Source: Felis catus (taxonomy: Eukaryota). From it: DNA of 64,000 bases. Below are positions 36,877 through 49,090 of the stretch, in pieces; the first letter of the stretch is position 1; each line of letters starts with the position of its first letter. The stretch is from NCBI RefSeq assembly GCF_018350175.1, contig NC_058368.1, forward strand, positions 33,854,001 through 33,918,000, read 5' to 3'. The position numbers were made by a program, and so were the translations under genes. The notes under the pieces are model-generated. The model was not told where the DNA came from. It saw only the letters and a list, made by a program, of their open reading frames with translations, and did not search any database.

Positions 36877-37919
36877 AAAATAAAACATATTGGGATCACA
36901 GCATAAATAAATGGCTCCCTTTGTTCATTTGACATGTTTTATCAAATAATATACTTATTAAAATTTTTAATGTCTACACAGCCAACAAAAATAATGTGTG
37001 CTTAGTAAAGGCAACTTCTGCCCATATACATAAGGATATACATATATATATATGTACCATGAAAGCCTCAAAATAACGTCATTAGAGACCATCATATGGG
37101 CTTTTAAAATCAGGGAAATAAAGATGGAAGAAGTGAAATAGTTAACTATTGAAACCTACAGTGCTATTTGAGGCCAGGTTTGTCAATCTCCAATGACAAT
37201 TCTTGCCCACAAACTCTGATTCAAGAGCAACTTCCTGCTCTATTGGCATGATATCTACCTTTCTAATCTCCTCCTTCATACCTATGTCATGTATTGCCTT
37301 CCATCATGACGAATGGTGATCAAACTAGATGTATGTTTTTGACAACTTCCCCTTACATATACAACCACAAAACTTTCCATGGTTCATAATAACCAAACTA
37401 TTGAGAGAACTTGAAAGCAGTGGATCATTAGTGGAAAAAAGTGAATTGTTAGAAGCATGACTAACCTCTCTGATTTGTAGTTAAAGGAAAAAGCCCATAT
37501 TTTCTCCCCAAATCACACAGACAGTGACAAAGCAAAAATGAGTGTGCTTGATTCTCAACTTCCTGTTTTGAATTCTTTCACCTATATTGTGTTGAGACAT
37601 CTATCTTAAAATCAGTATAATTTTGCTACTAGAAAAGCATAAAATCACAGGGAATTGGGCTCACTTTGAGGAAGTTTGATATATTTAAAACTTGTTACAT
37701 AAAATTATGTAAGCTCAGACTGGTGTTGGTTACCACAGAAGTGACTTGCTTCACTTTTCCTTAAATATTCCTTACCTTCTCTGTGTACATGTATTAAAGT
37801 TATTTTGAAGTACCCTAAAGGGTAAACAAGGTATTCGAAAATTATTCCAATATGGTGAAGATATTATATTTTCATCTTTAACCAATATATGAGAAACAAT
37901 ATGGTATATAACTATATAA

Positions 37920-37922
<3 letters not shown>

Positions 37923-37957
<35 letters not shown>
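37923..37957. repeat. (TA)n microsatellite
   Basis: Direct observation. Confidence 0.97.
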
Positions 37958-37960
<3 letters not shown>

Positions 37961-38869
37961 AAACAGCTACATAGCTACTAAGCTCATAGTTGTGATCAAA
38001 TATAAATGTATGGATAAAATATATAATTTAGAATATGACTCATTAAAATTTGCCTAAGTTGAATTTCTTTAACACATTTTAGAGAAAGCTTTCGAGAACT
38101 TGTCACAATAGCCTCTCAAAATTCCTGACAGCAAGAAATGGTAGGTTGTATCCTTAAGCAGTTTTTATTACTTAGATATAATGAAAATATATCAAAATAA
38201 AACTTTCTATATGCAATTTTCTCACATCAGCAACTGATTCAGTAATCTATTTTGATATTCTTTTGCATGGCATGGATGATTTATCTAGTCCCTGAAACAA
38301 AGATAGAATTGGGTTTTGTTTGTAATTTTGAAAATATAGGATAGTTAAAAATGGATATGTTAACATGTTTTTATGAGTTTTAGAGTAATCAGGAAGATAA
38401 CAATACAGTCTTTGGAGCACCAAGAAATAAAACCACTTTTGTTACAACACTGTGTAAAGATTCTGTAACCTTTGTAATACAAGAGGGATTACATTTTCTC
38501 ACAAATGAGTTATTTCTATACAATCTCCACAAAATATAGGATTAAGATAACCACCTCTTTGAACTTATAGGCCTATTCTCCCAAGCTTATTTTTTTCTTG
38601 ACACATTTTTGAAGCTAATATTAAGGAGCATATAATTATCCTGTCATATTTTGTTTTCTGTATACATTTTCTCAAAATTTTACCTCCAGATCTTCAAAAT
38701 TTGGGGACACATACCTTTAGTGTCTGCTATTTGTGTCTTCTATTCAGCTATAAGAAGAGATGACAGAAAATTCACAAACGTTAGAACAATGGTAATAAAA
38801 ATACTTAACTCAGGAGACGGCTGGTTTTTGCAAAATGTTAAAAAAAAAAACTGGTTTATGTTGCTTTAT

Positions 38870-39070
38870 GTTTGCTTAGAACTTGACAGTTCCTAAGAAT
38901 GTGCAAAGTATATCTCATTTAATTCTTATATACACTGAATGGCATATTCAATAATCACTTTTTTCCTGTTTAATGTACGAGAAAAGTGAGGCTCACAAGA
39001 GTTAAACAAATTGACCAAGGTCAAGACACTCTAGCGAGTGAAAAAAATTAGCTCATCTCCAGCTGCTTAA
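38870..39070 (-). mobile_element. MIR
   Basis: ATCTCATTTAATTCTTA..GAAAAGTGAGGCTCACAAGAGTTAAACAAATTGACCAAGGTCA. Confidence 0.75.
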
Positions 39071-39249
39071 ATTTTCATTCAGCCTTATCAAACAATTACG
39101 AGCTTCCAAAGATATGTCTTTTAATAATTTACGTGAAGGAACAAACGTATGTGTAACGTATTAAGACCATATTTAATATTATCCTACTTTACTGCATTCC
39201 AGGAAAAGACAGTCAAATGCATAAAGGAATTAGTGAAATAGAGTCAGAT

Positions 39250-39420
39250 GCATTTATTTACTTAATCATTCACGTAATAAACATAGGTGTGGTTCCAATC
39301 GTAAGTCAAACACTTACTAATAACTGGGTATCACGGAGTAAACAAAGCAGAGGTGGTTCCTGTCCCTACTGACCACAAAATCTAGTAGGGGAGACACATA
39401 CAAATAAAAAGCATGTATAA
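39250..39420 (-). mobile_element. L2 3' end
   Basis: CATTTATTTACTTAATCATTCA..GAGTAAACAAAGCAGAGGTGGTTCCTGTCC..TCTAGTAGGGGAGACAC. Confidence 0.7.
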
Positions 39421-39427
39421 AACTCCG

Positions 39428-40050
39428 TATCAGAATAACCTGGTTTATGCTGGCATAACAAACATCTCTATCATTTTGTTAGCTTAACCCAGTAAAAAGT
39501 ATTTCTTTGTTCGTACTACATGTCCAATAAATTTAGAAGTGAGATTCTGCTCATCATAGTGGCTCAAGGATCCAGGCTGACAGATCCATTTCGTGTTATG
39601 CTTCCATGATCACCAAGGCAAAGGGAAAGAAGCAAAGTAAATCACTTACTGCTTTTAAATCTTCTATTTGCATATAACACAATACCTTCCACTCACATTT
39701 CACGGGTCAAAGAAAGTCACGTGAACCTTTCTAACTTTAAACAGGACCAGAAAGAAGCCTTTGGGTGGCTCAGTCAGTTAAGCATCTAACTCTTGGTATT
39801 GGCTCAAGTTATGATCTCATGGTTCATGGGATTGAGCTCCACACTGGGCTCTGCGTTGACAGCAAAGAGTCTGCTTGGGATTCCCTCTCTCCTCTCTCTC
39901 TGCTCCTCACTGTCTCCCCCCTCAAAACAAAGAAAGAAACATTAAAAAATAAATAATAATAAATTAATAAACAGGGCCAGAAAGAACAAGTTTATCATGT
40001 TCTGAGAAGCACCATGGGAATATATATGAATAGTTTTAACGATTACCATT
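39428..40050 (-). mobile_element. MLT1 (K/L-like) LTR with nested SINE
   Basis: TTATGCTGGCATAACAAACATCTC..CTCAAGGATCCAGGCTGACAGA..CACTCACATTTCA. Confidence 0.7.
39757..39967 (+). mobile_element. Older CAN-SINE
   Basis: 19-bp TSD TAAACAGG(A/G)CCAGAAAGAA. Confidence 0.93.
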
Positions 40051-40106
40051 GGTCCTAAAGCAGGATGTATGCATAATAGAGTAACACAAAGTGAAAAAGA
40101 GGGCTG

Positions 40107-41090
40107 GTATACAGATTCTAATGTTGCTTTCATGATCCCCACCTCCTGGTCTTCATAATTGTGTAAATTCCCTCTGTTTGAGTATGGGTAGGACCTCTGG
40201 CTTGGTTCTAACCAAAAGAATATTCTAAAGGTCTTTGGTCAGTATGTACTATTATAACAACAACAACAAAACCAAATAGACTGGATGGTTTAAGCAACAA
40301 AAACTTATTTCTTTCATTCCTAGAGGCTGGGGAGTCCATCATCAAGATTCTGGCCCATTTGGTTTCTGGTGAGGATTCTCCTCCTGGCCTGTAGATGGGC
40401 TTCTTCTTGTTACATACTCACATGGCCTTTCTGCATGTGTGCAGAGGAAATATGGGCGCAAGCTCTCTGTCTCTTCTTAGAAGGAAGCTAGTTCTATGAA
40501 ATTAGGGCTCTGTCCTTATGACGTCACTTAACTTTAATTACTTATTAGTGACCCTATCTCAGATACCATTCACACTAGGGGTTACGGCTTCAATATATGA
40601 ATTGGTGTGTCGAGGGAGGTACAAATATTTAGTCCATAATAGTGATGGATATCAGTTACTGATAACACTACATAAGATTGTAATTATCTGTGTAACTGAG
40701 ACTCTCTTCCTTGCTGTCTTTGAAGCAGCAAGGTGCATGTTGTAAGCTCGCCTACGAAAAAGGCCAGATAATAAGCAATGAGGGTGACTTCTAGACATCG
40801 AGCAAGAAAGAAACCGTAGTTCTCAGTCCAACAGCCTGAGAGGAGCTGAATGAATACTATCAACAGTCATATGTGCTTGAAAGCACATCTCCCCCCTCCC
40901 CCCACTAGCAAAGACAAGGTTAGTTACAACCATGGTTAATACCTTAATTTCAACTTTATGTGATCCTGAAGCAGAGAATCCTGCTGTACTCAGAGGCCAG
41001 ATTTACAGAAACTGGGAGGCAATAAATGTGTGTTGTTTCAAACCACTATGCTTTTGGTGATGTTGTTTCACAGTAATAGATAATGATACA
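40107..41090 (+). mobile_element. MLT1E/F-like LTR split by MLT1A
   Basis: ATGATCCCCACCTCCTGG..TTCTAACCAAAAGAATA; resumes ~40641 and ends AATAAATGTGTGTTGTTTCAAACCACTA..AATAGATAATGATACA. Confidence 0.8.
40230..40641 (-). mobile_element. MLT1A-like solo LTR
   Basis: ATAGACTGGATGGTTTAAGCAAC..TAGAGGCTGGGGAGTCCA..TTTCTGGTGAGG..TTTAGTCCATAATA. Confidence 0.85.
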
Positions 41091-42175
41091 AGTACAGATA
41101 ATGAAGTAATTAATTTCTTGATAGGTGATGTCATAGAAAGCTGGACCTAAGTACAATTTTTGAGAATAAGTAGAAATATTTAAGAAAGCCAAGAATGGAA
41201 GAGAAGGGAGTTAAAATAAAGCATAGAAAAATGAAAATATGTGTTTGGAAAGAAATAGAAGTAGTCAACATTGGTAGAAAAAAAAAAAAAAAGGAATCCA
41301 TATAAGGAAATGTGAGAGGATCTGTCTAAAATCCAAGCTAAAGAGACATAGAAGGATTGGGAGTAAATAAATGTGTGACATATTTATAATCATGGATTAA
41401 ATATAAAAAAACATTATTTTACTCTGTTTCTTTAAATAAAAAGCATATTCTTCCAGGTTTCATTTAAATAGAAAGAATATTTTTAAATGTTTAAGTCAAC
41501 TATGTAAAAACTAAAAAATCATTCTTTATATAGCTATATATATTTTTTTCCATCATCGCATAGTGATTTATTCTCCTAAGTCTCCATCAGCAGGTGGAAT
41601 AGAAGAGCCCTCCCACCCAACACCCTGGGCAGCCAAGCTCTGTCTGGATGACCCACACACCAGTTCCTTGTGTTTTGAGATACTCCCTAGTTGATGGAGG
41701 CACCTTCAAGACCTCACCCATCCCTTGGTCAATCGCAAGCATCTGCACATCCTTCTTGATAACTTCCTCCACACCTGCAGGTAGCATACAAGGATAATGC
41801 TCAGATTTTTTTGTTTCTCTCCAATCCCAAGCCTGACTTTCCCCTGGCAACACTCTGCAGTACTTCTGGGGTTTAGAGGAGCTTCGTGCTTTCATTTGCC
41901 CCCTTGATAGGGAAGCAATTTCAGGGGAGGACATAGGAACTTAACTGACTCCAATTCCCTCTCTTTACAACGTTTGAGATCCCAAACAGCTCCAAGCTTT
42001 CTCTCTCATTAAATCGCTTTAAAAAGAACTTGCGGACCCATAATACATATATTGATAACAACATGAAATAAATCAACTATCTTGCTGAATAACCAAAATA
42101 AGCTTTTCGTTTCATTCTGTTTAAATAACAAGTCCCTATATATAAAGATCATTTAAACTGTATATATTTAATAGA

Positions 42176-42682
42176 TGTTTCAATTATCTATTGTTGCAGA
42201 ACAAGTTATTCCAAAATTTAATGGCTTGAAACAATAACAGTTTGCTATTTCTAACCCTTCTATGAGTGACTAGGCTCTACTGAAGGGCTCTTCTCCATGA
42301 GGCATCAGCTGAGTTCACTCACTTGCTGCACAAATCAGGGAAGCAGGCTGCATTTAAGATCCAAAACAGCTTTGCACACATGTCTGGCACCTCAGTGCTT
42401 TTCCACAGGGCCTCTCTACATGACAATTTTGAGCTTTCCTACAGCACAGTGATCTCATGGTGGTCATTCTTACAGGAGGCCTCATTTACCCAGAGAATAC
42501 ATCGATGCAAGCTTCCAGGCCTCTTAAAGACTAGGTGCAGAGGGACTAAAACCATCAGTTTTGCCACATTTTTTAAGTCAAAACAAGATCAGTTCGTATT
42601 CAAAGTTAGAAATGACAACTTCACATTCAGATAGGGGAAGAAAATATTGATATTGGGTATCCTTGGTCATTACCTACTACAA
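42176..42682 (-). mobile_element. MLT1G/H-like LTR
   Basis: TATCTATTGTTGCAGAACAAGTTATTCCAAAATTTAATGGCTTGAAACAATAAC...CCTACTACA. Confidence 0.78.
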
Positions 42683-43449
42683 TAGGTGTATAATAGGCAG
42701 AATTTATTTCCAATGAAATTAAGAATCCTCCATCCATAGCTTAATAGCAGAATCTGAAGTATTAGATAACTCTTTTTGAAGATTACTGACAGAACTGGAC
42801 ACGTAAGTTGTAGCAGCCAGTGATAAGGTCTCAGAAGTCGAGTTTAAATGTAAAATTAGGCTCACCCCAGTCAATGCTATGTCCCACTCATACCCCCAAC
42901 TGTCTAGCCTTTTTTTTTTAATGAAGCTACTCCGATTAGACAGCCCATGAATTTATAATTTGGTGTTCCAATTGTTTTGAAAAATAATGAAAAGTATTTA
43001 TATTCTCCTTTTAAAGACTTGACAACATATATTAAAATAAGAACTTTCTGATTGAGGCTAAGCTTCCATCAGAAAGGAGCAATTTCTAGAACTGGGGTTT
43101 TTAACCTCAGAGAGTCAGTAAAATTTTGAGGTTTATGCAAAATTTTGCATATATACATCTTTCTGGGTAGATGGTTCATTAGATCTCTTCTAGGTTTGGG
43201 TCTCCCCATCTTTTACATGTATCATTATCCAATCAGAAGAGTTATATTTGAACCATGATTTGATCAATTGTAACCATGTATCTCATTTGTCTAATGAAAA
43301 TAATACTACCTGTTCTGCCTCAAAACTAATGCTGTCACAATGGGTTATCACTTGTAAAATAACTATTAAAATATTAGTTATTTTAGAAACCATAGTATTT
43401 AAATTACAGTTTTTCTTATATACTATCTGAGCAACTAAAAACCACTAAT

Positions 43450-44050
43450 TAACCACTTGTCATGTGCTGCTAAATATCTTAAGTGCTTTAAAAGTGTTTG
43501 TTATCTGGTCCCCACAGTAGCGCTATGAAATAGGTTTTATGATTCTCTATCTTACTGTTCAGAAAGGTCAAGAGATGAAAATGTCACTTGTTGCTACATA
43601 GTCACCCAATATGATAGACTGTCATATTCTTTCATTAATATATGAACCTCTCTCTTCGGAAGAATGATGTATCTTCTTCTTGGGACATTCAGAAATGGTG
43701 ACGTAATTTGGCTTATTCGGGTAGAAGTACCTGTCACTTCTGGGCATAAGCTTTCAGAATGAGTATAAAATTCACCACGTTCTCTTTCACTCGCTGCTAT
43801 CATCATGAAGGATGTGTCAAGTGGAAGCCTGGGTCAGGAGTGAGGAAGACATGGAGAAGATTATCTTAGCAACCAATAATGATAAATGAGGTGAGAAATG
43901 AGAAACAGACAGTTACCTTAAATCAAGACAAAAATTGGCATGTGTTTGCTATCACAGCCACACCTACCCTATCCTGACTGATATACACACCCAGTAAAAA
44001 GGGGAGTCCATCCAGTCTGGCTCCTAAGCCTGAAATTTGAACTGCTCTGT
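43450..44050 (-). mobile_element. MIR interrupted by a plus-strand MLT1J-like LTR (~43595-43986)
   Basis: MIR halves flank an MLT1 ending CACAGCCACACCTACCCTATCCTGACTGATATA. Confidence 0.6.
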
Positions 44051-44084
44051 TCTCCTACCTTTCTTATTTTTGCAAATAACAGTT

Positions 44085-44128
44085 GTTTGTTTTGTCTTGT
44101 TTTGTTTTGTTTTGTTTTGTTTTGTTTT
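44085..44128. repeat. (TTTTG)n microsatellite
   Basis: Direct observation. Confidence 0.95.
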
Positions 44129-44440
44129 AACACACATTCATTCATTAAATTCGTATGTTTTCTGAGGAAACGCTTTATTGTACCCTTGAAGGAATCATTT
44201 TGTCCTTCATGGTGCTAGTTTTCAGTGAACAATGATGGGATGTAAGCCTGCCAAACTTCCCCAAGGAACTATTCTTAAGTTTGGGGTAATCTCCAGCACT
44301 AGAATGGGAAATCTATTAGAGGTGCTAAAAATATTTTTGCTAAGCTAATTGAGGGAAATAAGAAAGAAATTTGGACCATAGGCTGTCCATGGCACCTCGA
44401 CTGTTAAATTGGTGCTACCCTCTTAAAAATAATTAAAACG

Positions 44441-44655
44441 AGGAGCACCTGGGCAGCTCAGTCGGTTAAGTGTCGGACTCTTGGTCTCAGTTCGGGTCAC
44501 GATCTCACGGTTCATGGGTTTGAGCCCCACATCAGGCTCTGTGCTGACAGCACAAGCCTACCTGGGATTCTCTCTCTCATCACTCTCTGCTCCTCCCCTG
44601 CTCGCTCTCTCTCTCTCTCTGTCTCTCTCTCTCAAAATAAATAAACTTAAAAACT
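44441..44655 (+). mobile_element. CAN-SINE
   Basis: TSD AATAATTAAAAC. Confidence 0.94.
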
Positions 44656-44874
44656 AATAATTAAAACTCAGAAAAACTTTAATACATGAATTTTTTATAG
44701 ACTTTTTGTGAAAGTACTTATACCAGTGAAATCCTTTCTACTTGTAACTGCCAAGTCACTAAAAAGAGCTGAGATGGTCAACAAGAACTTTTTCCTGAAC
44801 TAAAGTGGCTAAGAATTGCTTTGATGAAGATGAGCATGGTTACAATGATGATGATGATAATGATGTTGAAGATC

Positions 44875-45068
44875 CCAGCTAACATTTATCAAGGACTTAC
44901 TGTGTGCCAGGCCATGTACTAAGTGATTTTCCTTTTGCAACATTACATGGTGGGCATGATTACAACCTCCATTATACAGAGGAAAAGCTAATATAACTAA
45001 AGAGAGTGTGCTGAAATGGGGCCCACACAAACTGGATTCAGAGCTCCGATGCTCAACCACTCTGGTAT
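44875..45068 (-). mobile_element. MIR
   Basis: CAGCTAACATTTATCAAGGACTTACTGTGTGCCAGGC..CCATTATACAGAGGAAAA..CTCAACCACT. Confidence 0.8.
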
Positions 45069-46068
45069 ATTTGCCCCGTGCAACCGGGATAAAATCTGTT
45101 TCTTTTCAGGTAAAGTTTTCCTAAAACGCTGGATCATAGACTGAAGTTCTTCATCAGAAACTCATTTGTATTATTCGTGACAAAAACAAGCAAACTTGTA
45201 ATTAAAAATGAGCAGAGCCGAACGGTCCTCCAGTTAGGGGAAAACGCAAAATCGAGGGTCACCTGTCTTCACACCAAGGACTCAACACTTTTATATTCGG
45301 AACAAAGACAGTATTTTTTCATTTGTATGCTGTTGTTTTATTTCAGTTGTAAATTGAGACTACTGCCCTATTCAGTATACAATAGTCTCCAAAATGTTTA
45401 TTAACATGTAACATAGAACATAAAATCCTTCCACAAATAAGCTGATTTTGGCTACTATTGTATCAGAAATCAACCTCATCTAAAAAGGGGTTGAGAGGAG
45501 CAAATTATTGCTTTGAATTAGGCATAGGAGAAAAAAAAGGACTAGAGAGAAAGGGGAAACATTTCTGTGAAATTCTACATCTTTGATTTATTTCCTTTCT
45601 TCGGTTTGTTTTTTTTAAGTCTGAGTTTAAGGTCAATCAAGCATTTGTTTAATTTTGCGGAAATAACACACGAAATTTCAAACTATGGCTAGTAGACATT
45701 TAAAGGTTTATTTTATTAATATACATAAGGTTTTGTGTACAATATGTGTTACTATTAGAAAATAAATAAAATCAACTAGAATTGTATTTGTTCAAAGCTT
45801 TATTTTGCTTTAGAAATTACTTGTGAAAACAGAGTATTTGTAAGACTAAATTAGTATATGTGGGTTTTTTCTTTTTTTTTTCCTCCAGTTTCTCCCCCAG
45901 TCTTCTAGGGGGTGTACTTATCTTTCAAAAAGAAGTATTAATTAAAAAAAGAGTCTACACAGATGGATTTGAAAGCTTTAATTTAGGTAAATCAGGAAAA
46001 TGCAAATATAGTATTTGTCATAGCAGACTGGCTTAGCTTTGCTCTCTGATGTCTTTCATACATTTCTA

Positions 46069-46082
46069 GTTGCCATGGCTTC
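46069..46082. promoter_or_regulatory. RFX X-box-like motif
   Basis: GTTGCCATGGCTTC, 12/14 to GTTGCCATGGCAAC, in non-repeat DNA. Confidence 0.35.
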
Positions 46083-46329
46083 CTGCCTATCACGTTCATG
46101 ACAAGCATTCAAAGCAGAAATATTGTAGGAGGATTTCTTGTCTGAGAATACACATACTACTTAAGGCCTTTATTTCTGGCTCACTGACACTATTCACCTA
46201 AACATAAAGAGTGAGTGGTCAAACAGGCAATAGTTATCTTTATTCTCGCTTTGTCACTGTCAGGACCCTTTAACCTGGCAGGTTTATTTTAGAGTGGCTT
46301 TTCTTTGTGCTCTTTACGTGCTATCAAAT

Positions 46330-46348
46330 CAGTGCCTCCTAGTGGTCA
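46330..46348 (-). promoter_or_regulatory. CTCF motif
   Basis: Minus strand TGACCACTAGGAGGCACTG matches the core CCAC(C/T)AG(G/A)(G/T)GGC(A/G)C with one tolerated variant. Confidence 0.55.
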
Positions 46349-46799
46349 GGAAAGGTGATAACACCATTTCTGGCATTGTCTTGCTAAAGTAGTCTTGATG
46401 ATCCTTCTAACGTAGTTTAGATCTGCATGACTGATCTGGGACCCACAATATTTTACTCACTTGATAGTTTCTTGGGTATGTGAGTCAGTTTTCTTGTTTT
46501 CGTTGCAATTACAATGTCTACATTTGTCTTAGAAAAGGTCTATGCATGTGCTATCCAATACAGTAGCCACAAGCCACATGTAGATTTTTATATTAAAATA
46601 AAAAGTAAATTAAATTAAGGTGAGAATAGCAGAAAATTCTACTGCACAGTGCTGGTTTCTGAGGCAAAGATAAAATCTGTAGAATATATATTAATGCAAT
46701 AACTTATTAATATTTTTAATTAAACACTTTATATTACTCACAATATGATCTCTATACTTATAAAACTCTACTCTGTTTTAAAATATTGTCTTGCTGCTT

Positions 46800-47023
46800 G
46801 GGTGCCTGGGTGGCTCAGTCAGTTAATTATCCGACACTTGATTTCAGCTCAGGTCATGATCTCGTGGTTGGTGCGTTCAAGCCCTGCACCCCACTCTGCA
46901 CTGACAGGGCAGACTGACAGAGCTGAGCCTGCTTGGGATTCTCTCTCCCACCCTCTTTATGCCCCTCACTTGCTCGTGCTCGCTCTTTCTCTCAAAAATA
47001 AATAAATAAACATTAAAATCAAA
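46800..47023 (+). mobile_element. CAN-SINE
   Basis: 21-bp TSD TAAAATATTGTCTTG(C/T)TGCTT; internal CTGACAG duplication. Confidence 0.94.
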
Positions 47024-47597
47024 TAAAATATTGTCTTGTTGCTTTCAAACATATTTTTAATTTTGCAAAGCCCATGTTCTACATTGAAAATCTGGTCATT
47101 TGACTATAAGTAGATTTTTTTCTTAGCCTTTCTCCAGAAGACATACAGTATTTTGACTTGGAAATCGCAAGCAGGAAGAACCAATTTTTCTTATTGGAAT
47201 TTCCCATTATAACCCATTTTCACTAATATAATCTTTCACCTAAATATAGATTATATTCACTAATATAATCTCATTCACCTGCCTGTAGGATATTTCTAAA
47301 ATATGCATATCATAGATTTTAATATTACATGTATTTATATTTCTTACTATCACACTTTTTCTTTGAAATTGATGATATGTATACACATATACATACACAT
47401 CCAATCTATTATATATACATCTCTCCTTTTAGCTTAAATACTAGTTTTCCTGTCATAAAAGTTTACCTCTATATTTAAAAATGCAATTTATAGTTCCTCT
47501 AACATCCTGTGCAATTAAAGTAATACTTAAGTCTTTATTAATATTTTATATTTATATAAAACCCATAAATATACATGCAGACATATGACCCAAAACC

Positions 47598-47630
<33 letters not shown>
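47598..47630. repeat. (TTA)n microsatellite
   Basis: Direct observation. Confidence 0.96.
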
Positions 47631-47840
47631 GTTTTATGAACAAGAAAGGAGCAGCAAGAAATACAGTGAATTTATAGTTAGTTCAACTTACACAATTTAT
47701 AGTTTTGAACATAGAATTCCACTATCAATATACCAATAGCTGTCTATAGCAAGCCATTGCTTTTTTAATATGTGAAAGTCGTTGTCTTTATTTTAAAGTC
47801 TGAACTTCAAATAATATACACCTAAAAAATCATCTTCCAG

Positions 47841-48069
47841 GGTGGTTCAGTCGGTTAAGCATGGAACTTCAGCCCAGGCCATAATCTCATGGTTCGTGAG
47901 TTCAAGCCCCACGTCGGGCCCTATGCTGACAGCTCAGAGCCTGGAGCCTGCTTCAGATTCTGTGTCTCCCTCTCTCTCTGCCCTTCCACCACTTGCACTC
48001 TGTCTCTCTCTCTCTCTCTCTCGCTCTTTCTCTCTCTCAAAAATAAATAATTTTTTTTCTAAAAAAAGG
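47841..48069 (+). mobile_element. CAN-SINE, 5'-truncated by ~9 nt
   Basis: TSD AAT(C/T)ATCTTCCAG. Confidence 0.94.
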
Positions 48070-48270
48070 AATTATCTTCCAGTCATGACAACAGTATTGT
48101 TAATATTTTCATTAATTTACTTCCTTCTTGTTACTATTAGTCTAATATGAATCAGAGCTTCCCAAGTAGAAGAGCTTTGAATACACACTTCCTTATCTAT
48201 CTACCTATCTACCTATCCATGTGGTGTATGTGATGAGGTTGCCTTCTGGAGCGTGCATCTTAGCCCTGAC

Positions 48271-48385
48271 TTTTTTTTCCTAAGATTTTATTTTTAAGTT
48301 ATCTCTACAACCAACGTGGGGCTTGAACTCACAACCCCAAGGTCAAAAATCACATGCTTTACTGACTCAGCCAACCAGGCACCCA
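48271..48385 (-). mobile_element. Short tRNA-derived carnivore SINE
   Basis: Same type as 2949-3058. Confidence 0.85.
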
Positions 48386-48389
48386 AAAG

Positions 48390-48750
48390 AACAGTCCTGC
48401 TTTCTTCCCTTCTCTTGCAAAGGTGGTGATCTCATGAACACTTTCATTTTTTTTTCAAGTTTATTTCATTATTTATTTTTGAGAGAGAGAGAGAGAGAGA
48501 GAGAGAGCATAGGCACCTGCTGGGTAGGGGCAGAGGGAGCAGGAGAGAGAATCCCAAGCAGGGTCTGCACTGTCAGTGCAGAGCCAGCAGGGCTCAACAG
48601 TGGAGGGGAGGGGGCTCTGAGCTGAAATGAAGAGTTGGTGACTTAAGGAACTGAGCCACCCAGGCGCCCCTCACGAACACCTTTCTAGTTAACTTCTTGC
48701 CTACTGATCTGCCTCAGAGCCTACTTCCTGAGGTACCTAACATATGATAA
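48390..48750 (+). mobile_element. LTR16/LTR33-like LTR 3' remnant (split by SINE)
   Basis: TCCTGCTTTCTTCCCTTCTCTT..GGTGATCTC..AACTTCTTGCCTACTGATCTGCCTCAGAGCCTACTTCCTG. Confidence 0.5.
48445..48670 (-). mobile_element. CAN-SINE
   Basis: TSD TCA(T/C)GAACAC. Confidence 0.92.
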
Positions 48751-48887
48751 TGAATATAACTATTCACATTTCCTTAAAATTTGACGTTTTTACAGGTACT
48801 GTCTTGTGTGAACTTGGCTGGATTGCCTAACTTCCCTTCATTCAGCCTCAGTTTTCTCATTCTTAGCTTAGGCTATTAATCCTATTT

Positions 48888-49090
48888 TTTTAAAATACTT
48901 ATTTTTGAGAGAGAGAGACAGAGTGCGAGTGGGGAAGGGGCAGATAGAGAGGGAGACACGGAATCTGAAGCAGGCTGCTAACTCTGAGCTGTCGGCACAG
49001 AGCCTGACATGGGGCTCGAACTCATGGACCGCAAGATCATGACCCGAGCCCAAGTGGAACACTTAACCGACTAAGCCACCCAGGCGCCCC
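48888..49090 (-). mobile_element. CAN-SINE inserted in a plus-strand MIR (~48800-49190)
   Basis: Perfect TSD TATTAATCCTATTT; MIR core CAGCCTCAGTTTTCTCAT upstream. Confidence 0.95.
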
